Below, piece by piece: positions 20,300 to 30,575 of a stretch of DNA of 64,000 bases. Source of the DNA: Candidatus Levyibacteriota bacterium (GTDB lineage Bacteria; Patescibacteriota; Microgenomatia; Levybacterales; UBA12049). A model generated the notes under the pieces. It was not told where the DNA came from. It did no database searches and saw nothing but the letters and a program-made list of their open reading frames with translations. The DNA is taken from the NCBI GenBank assembly GCA_041906785.1, contig JAYRIM010000028.1:204383-268382 (forward strand), written 5' to 3'. A program made the position numbers and the translations under genes. Positions within the stretch are counted from its first letter, which is position 1; each line of letters opens with the position of its first letter.

Positions 20300-21511
20300 T
20301 TATATGATTTCTAGTTTAGGTAAAGGGAAAATGAAGTGACCACCGGATTCCAAGTATTTTTTTTCCCGTTTCAGAAACTCATCCTTAAAAAACCATGGAA
20401 GTACCAGCATATAATCAGGTTTTTCTTTCCTGGCTTGCTCTTCTGAGATAATCGGTATACCTACAGAGGCGATTTTTTTACCCCATTTTTCTGGATTTCT
20501 TTCAACTGCTTTCTCAATCAATATTTTATCAATGTCATAATATTGTAGAAGTGTATTACCTCTTGTCGATGCGCCATATACATATATTTTTTTCCCTTTT
20601 TGAACCTCTGTCTTTATAAAACTTTGGACTGTTTTTTTATTTTCTTTTATCCGTTTAGCAAAATCCTTATAAATTTTATATCTTTGTAAATTAATAAGTT
20701 TCTCAAGTTGAGTTTGTTCAAATACAGAAACTGAAATAGGTCTTTTATTAGCAAACCCTATATATGTTCTGAAACTACCGCCATTTAGTTCTCGTAATTC
20801 CAGATCAAAAACTTCCATACCATGTCGTTGTAAGAGGTTTTGTAAAGAGATTAACGAATAGTATTCAAGATGTTCATGGACAATATTATCAAATGCGTTT
20901 TGTGTGAGCATTTTTACTAAATAATTTTGTTGAATGACAAATATGCCATCCTTATCAAGTAATTTTGTTATGTCAGACACAAACTTATTTGGATCCTCAA
21001 TATCATAAAAACAAGAAATTGCAGTAATTAAGTTCGCTCTTCTTTTTCCAATAGCTTTTATCACACTCTCATAACTGAAAAAATCATTGATAACAATATC
21101 TGCATGTTGTTTACTTTCGGAAGCCAATTTTTTAACTGGTTCCACACCAACCTTCTTAACATTTTTTGGATAAAATTTTAATAAGGTACCATCATTACTT
21201 CCAATATCTATTGCAAGCAGATTACGCGTTTTCTTATTTAATTTTCTCATTGTTTTTTCAACAATTTCTTTTAATTCATCTTGCATTGTTTGGTTAATGT
21301 TTGATTTGTAACCATAATGTTCAGTGTAAAGCTCTGAAGATGGTGTTGTATGCCCTAATTGTAATAGGTAACAGTTTTTGCAAAGTATAAGCGATAGAGG
21401 ATGTCTTGATGGTTTTTTATCGTCTTCAACAAAATCTGATAAATAAAGTTTGTTAAGTGAGATTATCGGACGCAGTTGTATTGAAGAACAAGAGCGACAA
21501 GCTTTTTGCAT
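20300..21511 (-). CDS. zinc-ribbon SAM-dependent C-methyltransferase-like protein (TylC3/NovU-type architecture)
   Basis: N-terminal CxxC...CxxC (CRSCSS...CKNCYLLQL) followed by a methyltransferase core (LLAIDIGSNDG). The architecture matches NDP-sugar C-methyltransferases. Confidence 0.5.
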   Translation of the reverse strand: MQKACRSCSSIQLRPIISLNKLYLSDFVEDDKKPSRHPLSLILCKNCYLLQLGHTTPSSELYTEHYGYKSNINQTMQDELKEIVEKTMRKLNKKTRNLLAIDIGSNDGTLLKFYPKNVKKVGVEPVKKLASESKQHADIVINDFFSYESVIKAIGKRRANLITAISCFYDIEDPNKFVSDITKLLDKDGIFVIQQNYLVKMLTQNAFDNIVHEHLEYYSLISLQNLLQRHGMEVFDLELRELNGGSFRTYIGFANKRPISVSVFEQTQLEKLINLQRYKIYKDFAKRIKENKKTVQSFIKTEVQKGKKIYVYGASTRGNTLLQYYDIDKILIEKAVERNPEKWGKKIASVGIPIISEEQARKEKPDYMLVLPWFFKDEFLKREKKYLESGGHFIFPLPKLEII

Positions 21512-21597
21512 AGCTGTTATTATATGTGAAAAAGTATTGATGTTTCAAGAGATTTAACACGATTACTTTTTTTCCCGCCTGAGGTATAATATTCATT

Positions 21598-22824
21598 ATG
21601 GGATATTTAAAAAATGCAGTCATTGGAGTATCTTGGATGTCTGCATACCGTGTTGCTACCCGTATCCTATCTTTCGTTAAGATAGCTGTTCTTGCACGAA
21701 TTCTTACGCCGGCACAATTTGGTATTTTTGGCATCGCTTCATTAGTTTTGACATTATTAGAATTACTTACAGAAACAGGTGTCAATATCTTTTTAATTCA
21801 ATCAAAGAAAGATATCAGTGAATATATTAATTCTGCGTGGGTAGTTTCAATTATCAGGGGAAGTATAATAAGCTGCCTTATTTTTCTTTCTTCTCCCTTC
21901 ATCATCCAGTTTTTTCGAACGCCTGATGCACTATCTATTCTTTTACTTATTAGCTTGGTTCCATTCTTGAGAGGATTTATTAACCCTGCTGTTGTAGGAC
22001 TACAGAAAGAATTGCAATTTAAAAAAGAATTTCTTTATCGTGTTACTGTTTTTTTTACTGATGCTAGTGTAGCCATCATAGCAGCGCTCATTACAAAGTC
22101 TGTTTTTAGTCTTGTTTACGGATTAATAGCTGGAGTACTTTTTGAAATAGTTCTTTCTTTTTTATTGATAAAACCCCGGCCAAAATTTTCATTAAAAGAT
22201 GGTTACTTTCGTCAAATTTTTCACAGTGGAAAATGGGTAACTGCATACGGAATTTTTCATTATTTTGCTCAGCAAGGAGACACGATTACGGTGGGAAAGT
22301 TGTTAGGTACGTCAGCTTTGGGAGTATATGATATGGCATATAAAATCTCAATACTTCCTTTATCTGAAATTGGAGATGTTGTCTCAAGAGTAGTTTTTCC
22401 TGTATACGCGAAAATTGAAGGAGATCGTGATAGATTAAAACGTGCATTCATAAAAAGCTTTACGTCAATTATAATAACTGCAAGTATATTGGGATTATTT
22501 ATTTTTCTATTTTCAAGACAAATTATTCTCGTTTTACTTGGATCGAATTGGTTAATGGCTGAACCTGTTCTTCAAATACTTGCAATATACGGTGTATTAC
22601 TAGCAATCTCGGGCTTTGCTTCAACTGTTTTTTTAGCTACTGGGAATCAACGATATGTAACCATGATGACATTTTTCCGATTTCTGGGTTTAATCAGTAC
22701 AATCTACCCTTTTGTATCCATGTATGGCCTTAAAGGTGCTGGATATTCTGCACTTTTATCTGTCTGTTTTGAAATTCCTGTTACTATTTACTGCCTCCGT
22801 AGAGTATTTTGGCGTACTATATAG
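21598..22824 (+). CDS. oligosaccharide/polysaccharide flippase (Wzx-like, MOP superfamily)
   Basis: 408 aa, about 12 TM helices, composition typical of polysaccharide biosynthesis (Wzx) family. TATAAT at 21585-21590 lies only 7 nt upstream of the ATG. Confidence 0.65.
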   Translation: MGYLKNAVIGVSWMSAYRVATRILSFVKIAVLARILTPAQFGIFGIASLVLTLLELLTETGVNIFLIQSKKDISEYINSAWVVSIIRGSIISCLIFLSSPFIIQFFRTPDALSILLLISLVPFLRGFINPAVVGLQKELQFKKEFLYRVTVFFTDASVAIIAALITKSVFSLVYGLIAGVLFEIVLSFLLIKPRPKFSLKDGYFRQIFHSGKWVTAYGIFHYFAQQGDTITVGKLLGTSALGVYDMAYKISILPLSEIGDVVSRVVFPVYAKIEGDRDRLKRAFIKSFTSIIITASILGLFIFLFSRQIILVLLGSNWLMAEPVLQILAIYGVLLAISGFASTVFLATGNQRYVTMMTFFRFLGLISTIYPFVSMYGLKGAGYSALLSVCFEIPVTIYCLRRVFWRTI

Positions 22825-22827
22825 AGT

Positions 22828-25089
22828 ATGAAAGTTTCGATTATTATTGTTCATTATCATGTCAAACAACGCTTGTTTGATTGTCTCCAATCAATTATTT
22901 CTACAACCGAAAATATACTTTATGAAATAATTGTTGTGGATAATGATGAGAAAAAAACAATTGAAAAAGAATTAAAGGAAAAATTTCCTTTAGTATCATA
23001 TATTGCTAGTGAACAAAATGGCGGTTTTGGTGCTGGAAATAACTTAGGTGCGAAAGCGGCGAAAGGCGACTTCTTATTTTTCCTTAATCCTGATACCCTT
23101 ATTTTAGGTAATTGTATAGAAAAATTATATAATTTTCTCCAAAAAAATAAAAACGCAGCTGCGGTTGCGCCATTGTTACTAGAAAAAAATAAAAAGATTA
23201 TTTCTTTACAAGGAGCACAAGAATTGACACCTATGAGAGCAGTTTTTGCTCTGTCATTTATAAATACTCTCTTTCCTAAAAACTCTATCTCGCGTAAATA
23301 TTGGTTATTAGATTGGAAGAAAGATACATTAAAAAATGTTGATGTTATTCCTGGTACCGCTTTTATGATATCGAGTAAAATATTTAATAGAATTGGGAAA
23401 TTTGATGAACGTTTTTTCCTTTATTTTGAAGAAAACGATATATGCAGAAGAGTTAGATCATTAGGATATGATATTTTTATAAATCCTGAAGCAAAAATTA
23501 TACATTTCTTGGGTGAAAGTACGAAAAAAAGAGAGGACAAGAACGATATTTTTAAGAGAAGCCGTTTTCTCTATTTTAAAAAGCATTTTGGTTTTTTTGC
23601 AGCAATTACGGTACATATTTTTTTGGAATTAAAAAGAAATACATTGTTGACCTTAAGTATTTTTCTTTTGGCAGCATTTTTACGTTTTTATAGACTTGAA
23701 GAAACATTCATTTTTTCTGGCGAAGTGGGACATAACTTGTTGGCTATTAAAAATGCTTTTTTTACTCAAGAAATACCTTTACTGGGTCCGCCGACATCAC
23801 ATCCATGGTTATATTTTGGTCCATTATATTATTGGGTGTATGGTCCAATACTTATCATGAGTGGATTTAATCCTGTGAGTCATGCCTTTTTTGGTGCAGT
23901 AATCTCTATTCTCACTGTATTAGCAAATTATTTCGTCATTAAAAAAATTTTCAATAAAAGAGTAGCATTGATTTCTTCTTATCTTATTTCTATTTCACCT
24001 TTATTTATGAATTTTACCCGGGGAGCAAGATTTTTCTCTATCGTGTCTTTTCTTATTTATCCTTTACTATACTTACTATTTACCATTACTAAAGAAAAAA
24101 AACATTATATCTTTTTCATCGGCTTGTTGATTGGTAGTATGTTTAGTTTTCATTTTACTCCAATCATTCTTATCCCTTTCATTTTTTCGATTTTTTATGT
24201 AAAAAAAATCGGTAGCATAAAAGAAGTTTTCCTCCGATTTTTATTTGGAGTAATTATTCCTATGCTTAGTTTTTTTTATTATGATGTGTCTCATGGTTTT
24301 TCAATGACTAGAAATATTCTTCTTTGGATACCTTATAGAATAGCGGGTTTTGTAGGTTTATATCCTAAAAATACGATTTCTCAAAAAGTTGTAGGGGATA
24401 ACGTACTTTCACTCTCTGATTTCTTTACGAAAAGTATTATCAATACAAATTCTTCAGTATTAAATGTTATAGTTTTAATTGCTTTGCTTTCATTTGTTTT
24501 ATTTAAGATAAGCAGATCAATATATTCAAAAAAGATTATCTTTTCAGAAGCATTTGTATTTTTATGGTTTATGTGGGGATATGTAGCTATTTTTATTCAC
24601 GGCTCACCACCAATTCATTATTTTTTACCACTGTTACCCCTGCCAATTATCATTTTTGCTTTATTTTTGGAAAGACTTTGGAGTAAACGCATTGGTAAAG
24701 CAGGAGTCGTTAGCATATTAGTTGTACTAACTATTATCAATCTAAAATATTATTTTTCTGATACATGGTTTTTTTTGTCTGAAAAAGCTATGAGTATCCA
24801 TCCTTATTATGTACCTTATACACTGCAACAAAATGTTGCCAGAGAGATAGTGAAAGATGCAAAAGGAGAAAAATATAAATTAAAAAGAGTTGGTTTAGAT
24901 GATCAGTTCGAAGAAGATTATGCGCAAAATTACATTTATTTACTTTGGCTTTACGGGAACGAACCAGAAAAAGAGGCAAAAATAACGTATACTATTTATG
25001 AGGAGCCTATACCTAAGCAATTAGAAAAAAACATGCATATTCAAAAAAAGAAAGTTTCCAATATAACAATTGTGAAAGAGTTACAATAA
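22828..25089 (+). CDS. fusion protein: GT2 glycosyltransferase + polytopic membrane (GT-C-like) domain
   Basis: N-terminus MKVSIIIVHYH...EIIVVDNDE...FLNPD is GT2. From about residue 260 there are at least 12 TM helices. Confidence 0.7.
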   Translation: MKVSIIIVHYHVKQRLFDCLQSIISTTENILYEIIVVDNDEKKTIEKELKEKFPLVSYIASEQNGGFGAGNNLGAKAAKGDFLFFLNPDTLILGNCIEKLYNFLQKNKNAAAVAPLLLEKNKKIISLQGAQELTPMRAVFALSFINTLFPKNSISRKYWLLDWKKDTLKNVDVIPGTAFMISSKIFNRIGKFDERFFLYFEENDICRRVRSLGYDIFINPEAKIIHFLGESTKKREDKNDIFKRSRFLYFKKHFGFFAAITVHIFLELKRNTLLTLSIFLLAAFLRFYRLEETFIFSGEVGHNLLAIKNAFFTQEIPLLGPPTSHPWLYFGPLYYWVYGPILIMSGFNPVSHAFFGAVISILTVLANYFVIKKIFNKRVALISSYLISISPLFMNFTRGARFFSIVSFLIYPLLYLLFTITKEKKHYIFFIGLLIGSMFSFHFTPIILIPFIFSIFYVKKIGSIKEVFLRFLFGVIIPMLSFFYYDVSHGFSMTRNILLWIPYRIAGFVGLYPKNTISQKVVGDNVLSLSDFFTKSIINTNSSVLNVIVLIALLSFVLFKISRSIYSKKIIFSEAFVFLWFMWGYVAIFIHGSPPIHYFLPLLPLPIIIFALFLERLWSKRIGKAGVVSILVVLTIINLKYYFSDTWFFLSEKAMSIHPYYVPYTLQQNVAREIVKDAKGEKYKLKRVGLDDQFEEDYAQNYIYLLWLYGNEPEKEAKITYTIYEEPIPKQLEKNMHIQKKKVSNITIVKELQ

Positions 25090-25107
25090 CTATTAGTTAA
25101 CTTATTT

Positions 25108-25878
25108 ATGATTGCGGCTGTAATTCTAACAAGAAACGAAGAGAGTAATATAAAAAATAGTCTTAATTCCGTTTTATGGTGTGATGAAGTAGTCGTTATT
25201 GATGACAATTCTACCGATAAAACTCTCCAGATTATTAAAGAATTTCATTCTCAAAAAATAAAGATCTTTCAAAGGGGTATTCAAGAGGATTTTGCTAGCC
25301 AAAGAAATTATGCTTTAGAAAAGGTTAAGAGTGACTGGGTATTCTTTGTTGATGCGGATGAAATTGTTTCTTCTGCCTTACAATTTGAAATAATAAATAC
25401 AATAAATTCAAATCTAGAGAAAAAGAAAGGCTATCTACTGAGACGAAAAGATTTTATGTGGGGAAAAGCAATTAATCATGGTGAATCAAATAATACGAAA
25501 CTTCTAAGGCTTGGTAGAAAAGATAGCGGAGAATGGGTTGGAAAAGTTCATGAAGAATGGAAGATACAAGGACCAATTGGTGAACTGCAACACGTTTTAA
25601 TACATTACCCCCATAGTACGGTAAAAGAATTTCTTGAGGAAATAAACCACTATACGAACATTCGTGCAATCGAACTCTATACTCTTAATAAAAAGGCAAA
25701 TGTATTATCTCTAGTCTTCTATCCTACCGCTAAATTTATACAGAACTATATTTTTCGCAGAGGTTTTCTTGATGGTACTGCTGGATTAATTTTATCGCTA
25801 ATAATGAGTTTTCATTCTTTTCTTGTGAGAGGAAAATTATGGATGTTATGGCAACAGACAAAAAAAATTAATGAATGA
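25108..25878 (+). CDS. GT2 glycosyltransferase (soluble)
   Basis: MIAAVILTRNEESNIKNSL...VVVIDDNSTDKT...FVDADE (DxD). Confidence 0.75.
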   Translation: MIAAVILTRNEESNIKNSLNSVLWCDEVVVIDDNSTDKTLQIIKEFHSQKIKIFQRGIQEDFASQRNYALEKVKSDWVFFVDADEIVSSALQFEIINTINSNLEKKKGYLLRRKDFMWGKAINHGESNNTKLLRLGRKDSGEWVGKVHEEWKIQGPIGELQHVLIHYPHSTVKEFLEEINHYTNIRAIELYTLNKKANVLSLVFYPTAKFIQNYIFRRGFLDGTAGLILSLIMSFHSFLVRGKLWMLWQQTKKINE

Positions 25879-27622
25879 AAAATTTAAAAAATTTATTGTT
25901 TTTTTATATTTTGTTTCAGCAACAATTTTCGTTACGTATCCCCTTATATTTCACTTAGGTGATTACACATTTGAGTACGGAGATTCATTACTCATCACAG
26001 GAATTATTAATTGGAATATTCATTCTTTTTTTCACGATCCATTCCATGTTTTTGATGCTCCTATTTATTATCCATATAAAAACACTTTAGCGTATTCAGA
26101 TACTCATTTTATAGGTTCTCTTCTTGGTTTCTTGCCATTATTACTTATGAGAGAACCAATGGTGGCTTATAACACTAGCATATTACTATCTTTGATTATG
26201 CTTGGTTATTTTACCTTTCTCTTAGTTTACTATTTCACTAGTACTCCGACCGCAGGGGTTATTAGCGGATCACTAGTTGCTTATTCAACATTTACACTGC
26301 AAAGACTTATTCATCCTCAGGTTATCGCAATTCAATGGATTCCTTTATTTCTTTACTTTTTTTTCACATTTTTAAAGCAAAAAAAATACAAGTATCTCTT
26401 TCTAGCCAATTTCTTTTTTATTATTCAAGTACTCAATAGTTTTTTACCTGCATATTTTATTATGTGTTTGGTTTTCACGACTATAGTATATTATTTTTTT
26501 TTAAAAAAAGAAGAACTAAAGTTATTTTTTAATAAAAAAGTTTTATTTCTGATTGTCTTCAATGTTTTATTTTTATGTATGCTTACTTTTCCTTATTATT
26601 CAGTTTCTCATCAATTTAATTACGTTAGAGATATTCGGGATACGATCAATTTCGCCAATAGGCCAGAATTTTTTCTTTACCCTAACTCTAGTACTAGATT
26701 ACAGGCTTTTTTACTTAATACCATATACACTGGAAGATATAAGCTTATTTATGATGGATATTTAGGTTTAGTACTGACTATCTCATCATTATTTTGTATA
26801 GGCTACAAATTAATTAAAAAAAGGTTAAAAAATAAAAACGAGTATTTTTCAATCTTTTTTTATACAGGAGTAACTGCATTTGTTCTTAGTCTCGGACCGG
26901 TGTTTCAATGGGGAGGAAAAGTTATTAAAGAGCCATTTATGATTCCTTTGCCATATGCATTACTCTACTATATTGTGCCTGGTTTTAAGGGAATTAGAAA
27001 TTCTGCTCGATGGGAAATGTTAGGTGTCTTTGCGTTTTCTGTTGTCGCAGGTATTTTATTTTCCTCTATCATGAAAAGTTACACTTTAAGAATACGATTA
27101 ATCATAACGATATTCATTTGTACATTGATTTTAGTTGAGTTCCCTGTTCCGAGAAAATATCTTCAGATTGAAACAATCGATCAGTTTCCTCAAGTTTATC
27201 ATTTTGTTAAAACATTACCAAAGGATGCGGTTATTTTAGAATTACCTTTTTATAATTGGAATATGACACCTTTTGCAGTGATCGAAAGTAAAAGAATATA
27301 TTACAGTACCTTGCATAATAAAAAACGGATGAATGGAGGAAGCGGTTTTTCTCCACCACAGTGGCAAGAAAAAACAATGGAATTCCGTAGTAATTTTCCG
27401 GATGATAAGACAATTTCATATTTAAAAAAAATTAAGGTTACTCATTTGATACTTCATAAACAAGAATATGAAGCCATGGAAAAAATATATATTTCTCAAA
27501 GAGATGATAAGATTATGTTTTGGAAAGATATCGTAAAGAATCTAAGAAAATATCCTGAAATAAAGTTTGTAAAACAATTTGGATTAGATTATTTCTATGA
27601 AATAAAATATAAAAAAAGCTAG
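25871..27622 (+). CDS. polytopic membrane protein (GT-C-like / YfhO-like), with C-terminal soluble domain
   Basis: 583 aa, more than 10 TM helices. Loop motif FDAPIYYPYKNTLAYSD. 8-nt overlap with the preceding GT2. Confidence 0.5.
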   Translation: MNEKFKKFIVFLYFVSATIFVTYPLIFHLGDYTFEYGDSLLITGIINWNIHSFFHDPFHVFDAPIYYPYKNTLAYSDTHFIGSLLGFLPLLLMREPMVAYNTSILLSLIMLGYFTFLLVYYFTSTPTAGVISGSLVAYSTFTLQRLIHPQVIAIQWIPLFLYFFFTFLKQKKYKYLFLANFFFIIQVLNSFLPAYFIMCLVFTTIVYYFFLKKEELKLFFNKKVLFLIVFNVLFLCMLTFPYYSVSHQFNYVRDIRDTINFANRPEFFLYPNSSTRLQAFLLNTIYTGRYKLIYDGYLGLVLTISSLFCIGYKLIKKRLKNKNEYFSIFFYTGVTAFVLSLGPVFQWGGKVIKEPFMIPLPYALLYYIVPGFKGIRNSARWEMLGVFAFSVVAGILFSSIMKSYTLRIRLIITIFICTLILVEFPVPRKYLQIETIDQFPQVYHFVKTLPKDAVILELPFYNWNMTPFAVIESKRIYYSTLHNKKRMNGGSGFSPPQWQEKTMEFRSNFPDDKTISYLKKIKVTHLILHKQEYEAMEKIYISQRDDKIMFWKDIVKNLRKYPEIKFVKQFGLDYFYEIKYKKS

Positions 27623-27685
27623 TTACTTTTTAATATAAGATTATTGAACTATTATGTCTAAAAGCTATACTTTCATATTTATTAT

Positions 27686-29368
27686 TTGGATGATTGTTAT
27701 TTTATTAATCTATATTCACTATTTACTATGCCGAGGAGAAATATGTTTGTTTTAGCAATCTTTTTAGGACTTTTTTCTTATATTATCTTCTTTTTGGGAA
27801 TAGCAGGCTTCTTATATAAAGATACGGTAATAGCAATTACAATTTTTTATTCTTTGTCTTCTTTATTCTATTTTCGAAAAAGCATACATAGAACTTTATA
27901 TACATTTATTGATACGTGGAAAAGAAAAACAATATCTATTAAAAAATTAAAACTTGAATTTTTCTTATTATTCATACTTATTATTCAAGCAATTGTAAAT
28001 CTTATTGGAGTATTAGGCCCGGAGTTAGCATATGATGCATTGTGGTACCACTTAACACTTCCGAAAATGTTTCTTTTAGAAAAGAAAATTTACTTTATCC
28101 CTGGTGGGTTATTTTACTATTCAGTGATGCCTAAACTAACTGAAATGTTTTATCTAACAGGACTCATTTTTCAAGGAGAAATATTAGCAAAGTTTATACA
28201 TTTTACTTTTGGAATTTTATCCTTAGGTGCATTATACATGTTCGCTAGAAAATATTTTACGGTTTCTACATCTCTGTTGATTTGTTTATTATTTTATTCA
28301 AATCTTGTTGTGGCATGGGAATCTATAACTGCGTATGTAGACTTAGCTCGAACTTTTTATGAAATTCTAGCAGTGTTTGCTCTAATATGCTGGATTCATG
28401 GTGAAGAGAGAAAATGGCTATATCTCTCTGCTGTTATGATAGGTTTCGCTATGAACGTAAAACTTATTGCCGTTAGTTCTTTTATTATTTATTTACTCAT
28501 AATTTCATTTATTTTGTACAAAAAAAAGTCTACATTCTTAAAATGCTTGACAGTTATAACTTCGTATATTCTAATAGCGATGTTCTGTATACTACCTTGG
28601 TTGTTGTTTTCTTATTTTTCTACAGGAAATCCAATCTATCCTATTTTTAGTGGGTATCCAATAGGATATCATAAGAACTTACTATCACCGATTCATTTTA
28701 TTTCTGATATTTTCAAAGTTTTTCTTTTTGCGGATGATCCATCATCACCGATTTACCTTATCTGTTTACCGTTATTACTTTTCTACTTTAAAAAAATAAG
28801 AAAAGAATTTAAAATCATTAGTGCAATAAGCCTTTTATCTATTATGTTTTGGTATTTCACTCCGAGAACAGGCGGGGGGAGATTCTTAATGCCTTATCTT
28901 CCTTTATATAGTTTATTAGTTGGCGAAGTTATTTTGAATTTACAGAAAAACAAATTACTAAGACAACAAATTATTATAGTCGTTATTTTTACAGCCTGTA
29001 TTACGATAGGCTATAGATTTATAGCAAATTCGAAGTACATATCTTATATTATTGGTAAGGAATCCAGATCAGAATTTCTGCATAAACATCTTAATTTTAG
29101 CTTTGGAGATTTTCATGATATAGATGGGTATTTCCTAAAAACGATTAAAAGAGACGACAAAGTATTATTATTTGGGTTTCATAATCTTTACTATATAGAT
29201 TTTCCTTTTGTTGATTCATCTTGGGTAAGAAAAGGGGATTTGTTTAATTATATTGCGACACAAAATACTTTATTACCAGACCGATTTAGAACTTGGAAAT
29301 TGGTTTATGAAAATGAACAGACTGGAGTAAAGCTTTATTCTCAAGGTAAGAAATTTTTTCTTTACTAA
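27686..29368 (+). CDS. polytopic GT-C glycosyltransferase, PMT_2/ArnT-like
   Basis: 560 aa, more than 12 TM. First-loop motif GPELAYDALWYHLTLPK resembles the ArnT/PMT_2 DE...Y...A motif. Confidence 0.5.
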   Translation: MDDCYFINLYSLFTMPRRNMFVLAIFLGLFSYIIFFLGIAGFLYKDTVIAITIFYSLSSLFYFRKSIHRTLYTFIDTWKRKTISIKKLKLEFFLLFILIIQAIVNLIGVLGPELAYDALWYHLTLPKMFLLEKKIYFIPGGLFYYSVMPKLTEMFYLTGLIFQGEILAKFIHFTFGILSLGALYMFARKYFTVSTSLLICLLFYSNLVVAWESITAYVDLARTFYEILAVFALICWIHGEERKWLYLSAVMIGFAMNVKLIAVSSFIIYLLIISFILYKKKSTFLKCLTVITSYILIAMFCILPWLLFSYFSTGNPIYPIFSGYPIGYHKNLLSPIHFISDIFKVFLFADDPSSPIYLICLPLLLFYFKKIRKEFKIISAISLLSIMFWYFTPRTGGGRFLMPYLPLYSLLVGEVILNLQKNKLLRQQIIIVVIFTACITIGYRFIANSKYISYIIGKESRSEFLHKHLNFSFGDFHDIDGYFLKTIKRDDKVLLFGFHNLYYIDFPFVDSSWVRKGDLFNYIATQNTLLPDRFRTWKLVYENEQTGVKLYSQGKKFFLY

Positions 29369-29378
29369 TGATAAACAT

Positions 29379-30575
29379 ATGTCTTTTATCACATTATTTA
29401 TAGTTACAATTATATCCTTTGCTTCAGGAGAAATTGGTCGAATCGATTTTAGGAATGGCGTAGCTATTCATATCTCTGATATTTTACTTTTTATAACTTT
29501 TTTATTCTGGCTATTACGTATTAAAAAAAACTTTAAAGTTTTCTATTTTTTTCTCACAAAACCTCTAATTCTATTTGTTCTATTTTGTATAGTTTCATTA
29601 TTACTAAATCCTCTTTCATTGTCTTTAACTAGTCTATTCCTCTCTTCTCTTTATCTTATCCGATGGATTTTATACTGTTCTATTCTTTTTATAAGCAGAA
29701 CTTTTACTCTAGAAGAACGAAAGAAAATCTTTCAAACCTTATTGATAACTGGTTTATCGTTAGTTTTATTCGGATACATCCAATATTTTTTTTATCCAAA
29801 CCTTCGTAATCTTTATTATCTTGGATGGGATGATCATTTATATCGATTGTTTTCGACATTACTTGATCCAAATTTTACGGCAACAATTTTAAGTTTTCTA
29901 TTATTTATGTTACTTACTTTATTGATATCTAGTAAGAAGCGTAGATTACTATATTTAATATGTTTTATAATTTCTTTTATAGCATTATTGTTGACATATT
30001 CAAGAAGCGGGTATGTGATGTTCATTGTTGGAAGCGTTATAAACTTATGGCTATTAAGAAAAAGAAAATTAATATTTCTGTTATTCGTAGTGTTGATGTT
30101 TGGTATTGTAGTGTTGCCTAAAGATCTAGGGAGTGCTGGCGTTGAGCTATGGCGGACTCAATCGATAATAGCGAGGTCTATGGATGCCCAACAAGCAATC
30201 ACTATATTTCTAGATAATCCTATCTTAGGGGTCGGGTTTAATACGTATCGTTATGCACAAAAAGAATATGGTTTTTCAAATCATAGAAATTGGCAAGTAA
30301 GTCATTCAGACGCCGGGACTGATAATAGCTGGTTGTTTGTTTTAGTAACTACAGGGGTAGTTGGATTTATATTATATATATTGTTATGGTGGAGAATTAT
30401 TTATATGACATATAGAGTTTATAAAACGAATAAGTCAGATAGTTTTGAGAAAACGGTAGCTATCATACTGCTTTCTTCAATAGCAGGACTTTTCATTAAT
30501 GCTTTCTTTATTAATAGCCTTTTTTACCCAATGGTAATGTTATGGATGTGGGTTTTAATAGGATTATGGGATTAA
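29379..30575 (+). CDS. O-antigen ligase / Wzy-like polymerase family membrane protein
   Basis: 398 aa, about 10 TM. Central periplasmic-loop region with YSRSGYVMF. Confidence 0.6.
   Translation: MSFITLFIVTIISFASGEIGRIDFRNGVAIHISDILLFITFLFWLLRIKKNFKVFYFFLTKPLILFVLFCIVSLLLNPLSLSLTSLFLSSLYLIRWILYCSILFISRTFTLEERKKIFQTLLITGLSLVLFGYIQYFFYPNLRNLYYLGWDDHLYRLFSTLLDPNFTATILSFLLFMLLTLLISSKKRRLLYLICFIISFIALLLTYSRSGYVMFIVGSVINLWLLRKRKLIFLLFVVLMFGIVVLPKDLGSAGVELWRTQSIIARSMDAQQAITIFLDNPILGVGFNTYRYAQKEYGFSNHRNWQVSHSDAGTDNSWLFVLVTTGVVGFILYILLWWRIIYMTYRVYKTNKSDSFEKTVAIILLSSIAGLFINAFFINSLFYPMVMLWMWVLIGLWD

Noticed and set aside
21562-21590. Promoter call upstream of the flippase gene (TATAAT 21585-21590)
   Set aside because: There is a good -10, but no acceptable -35 or TG extension at the right spacing. 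It may be a leaderless-type start, which I cannot support further from sequence alone.
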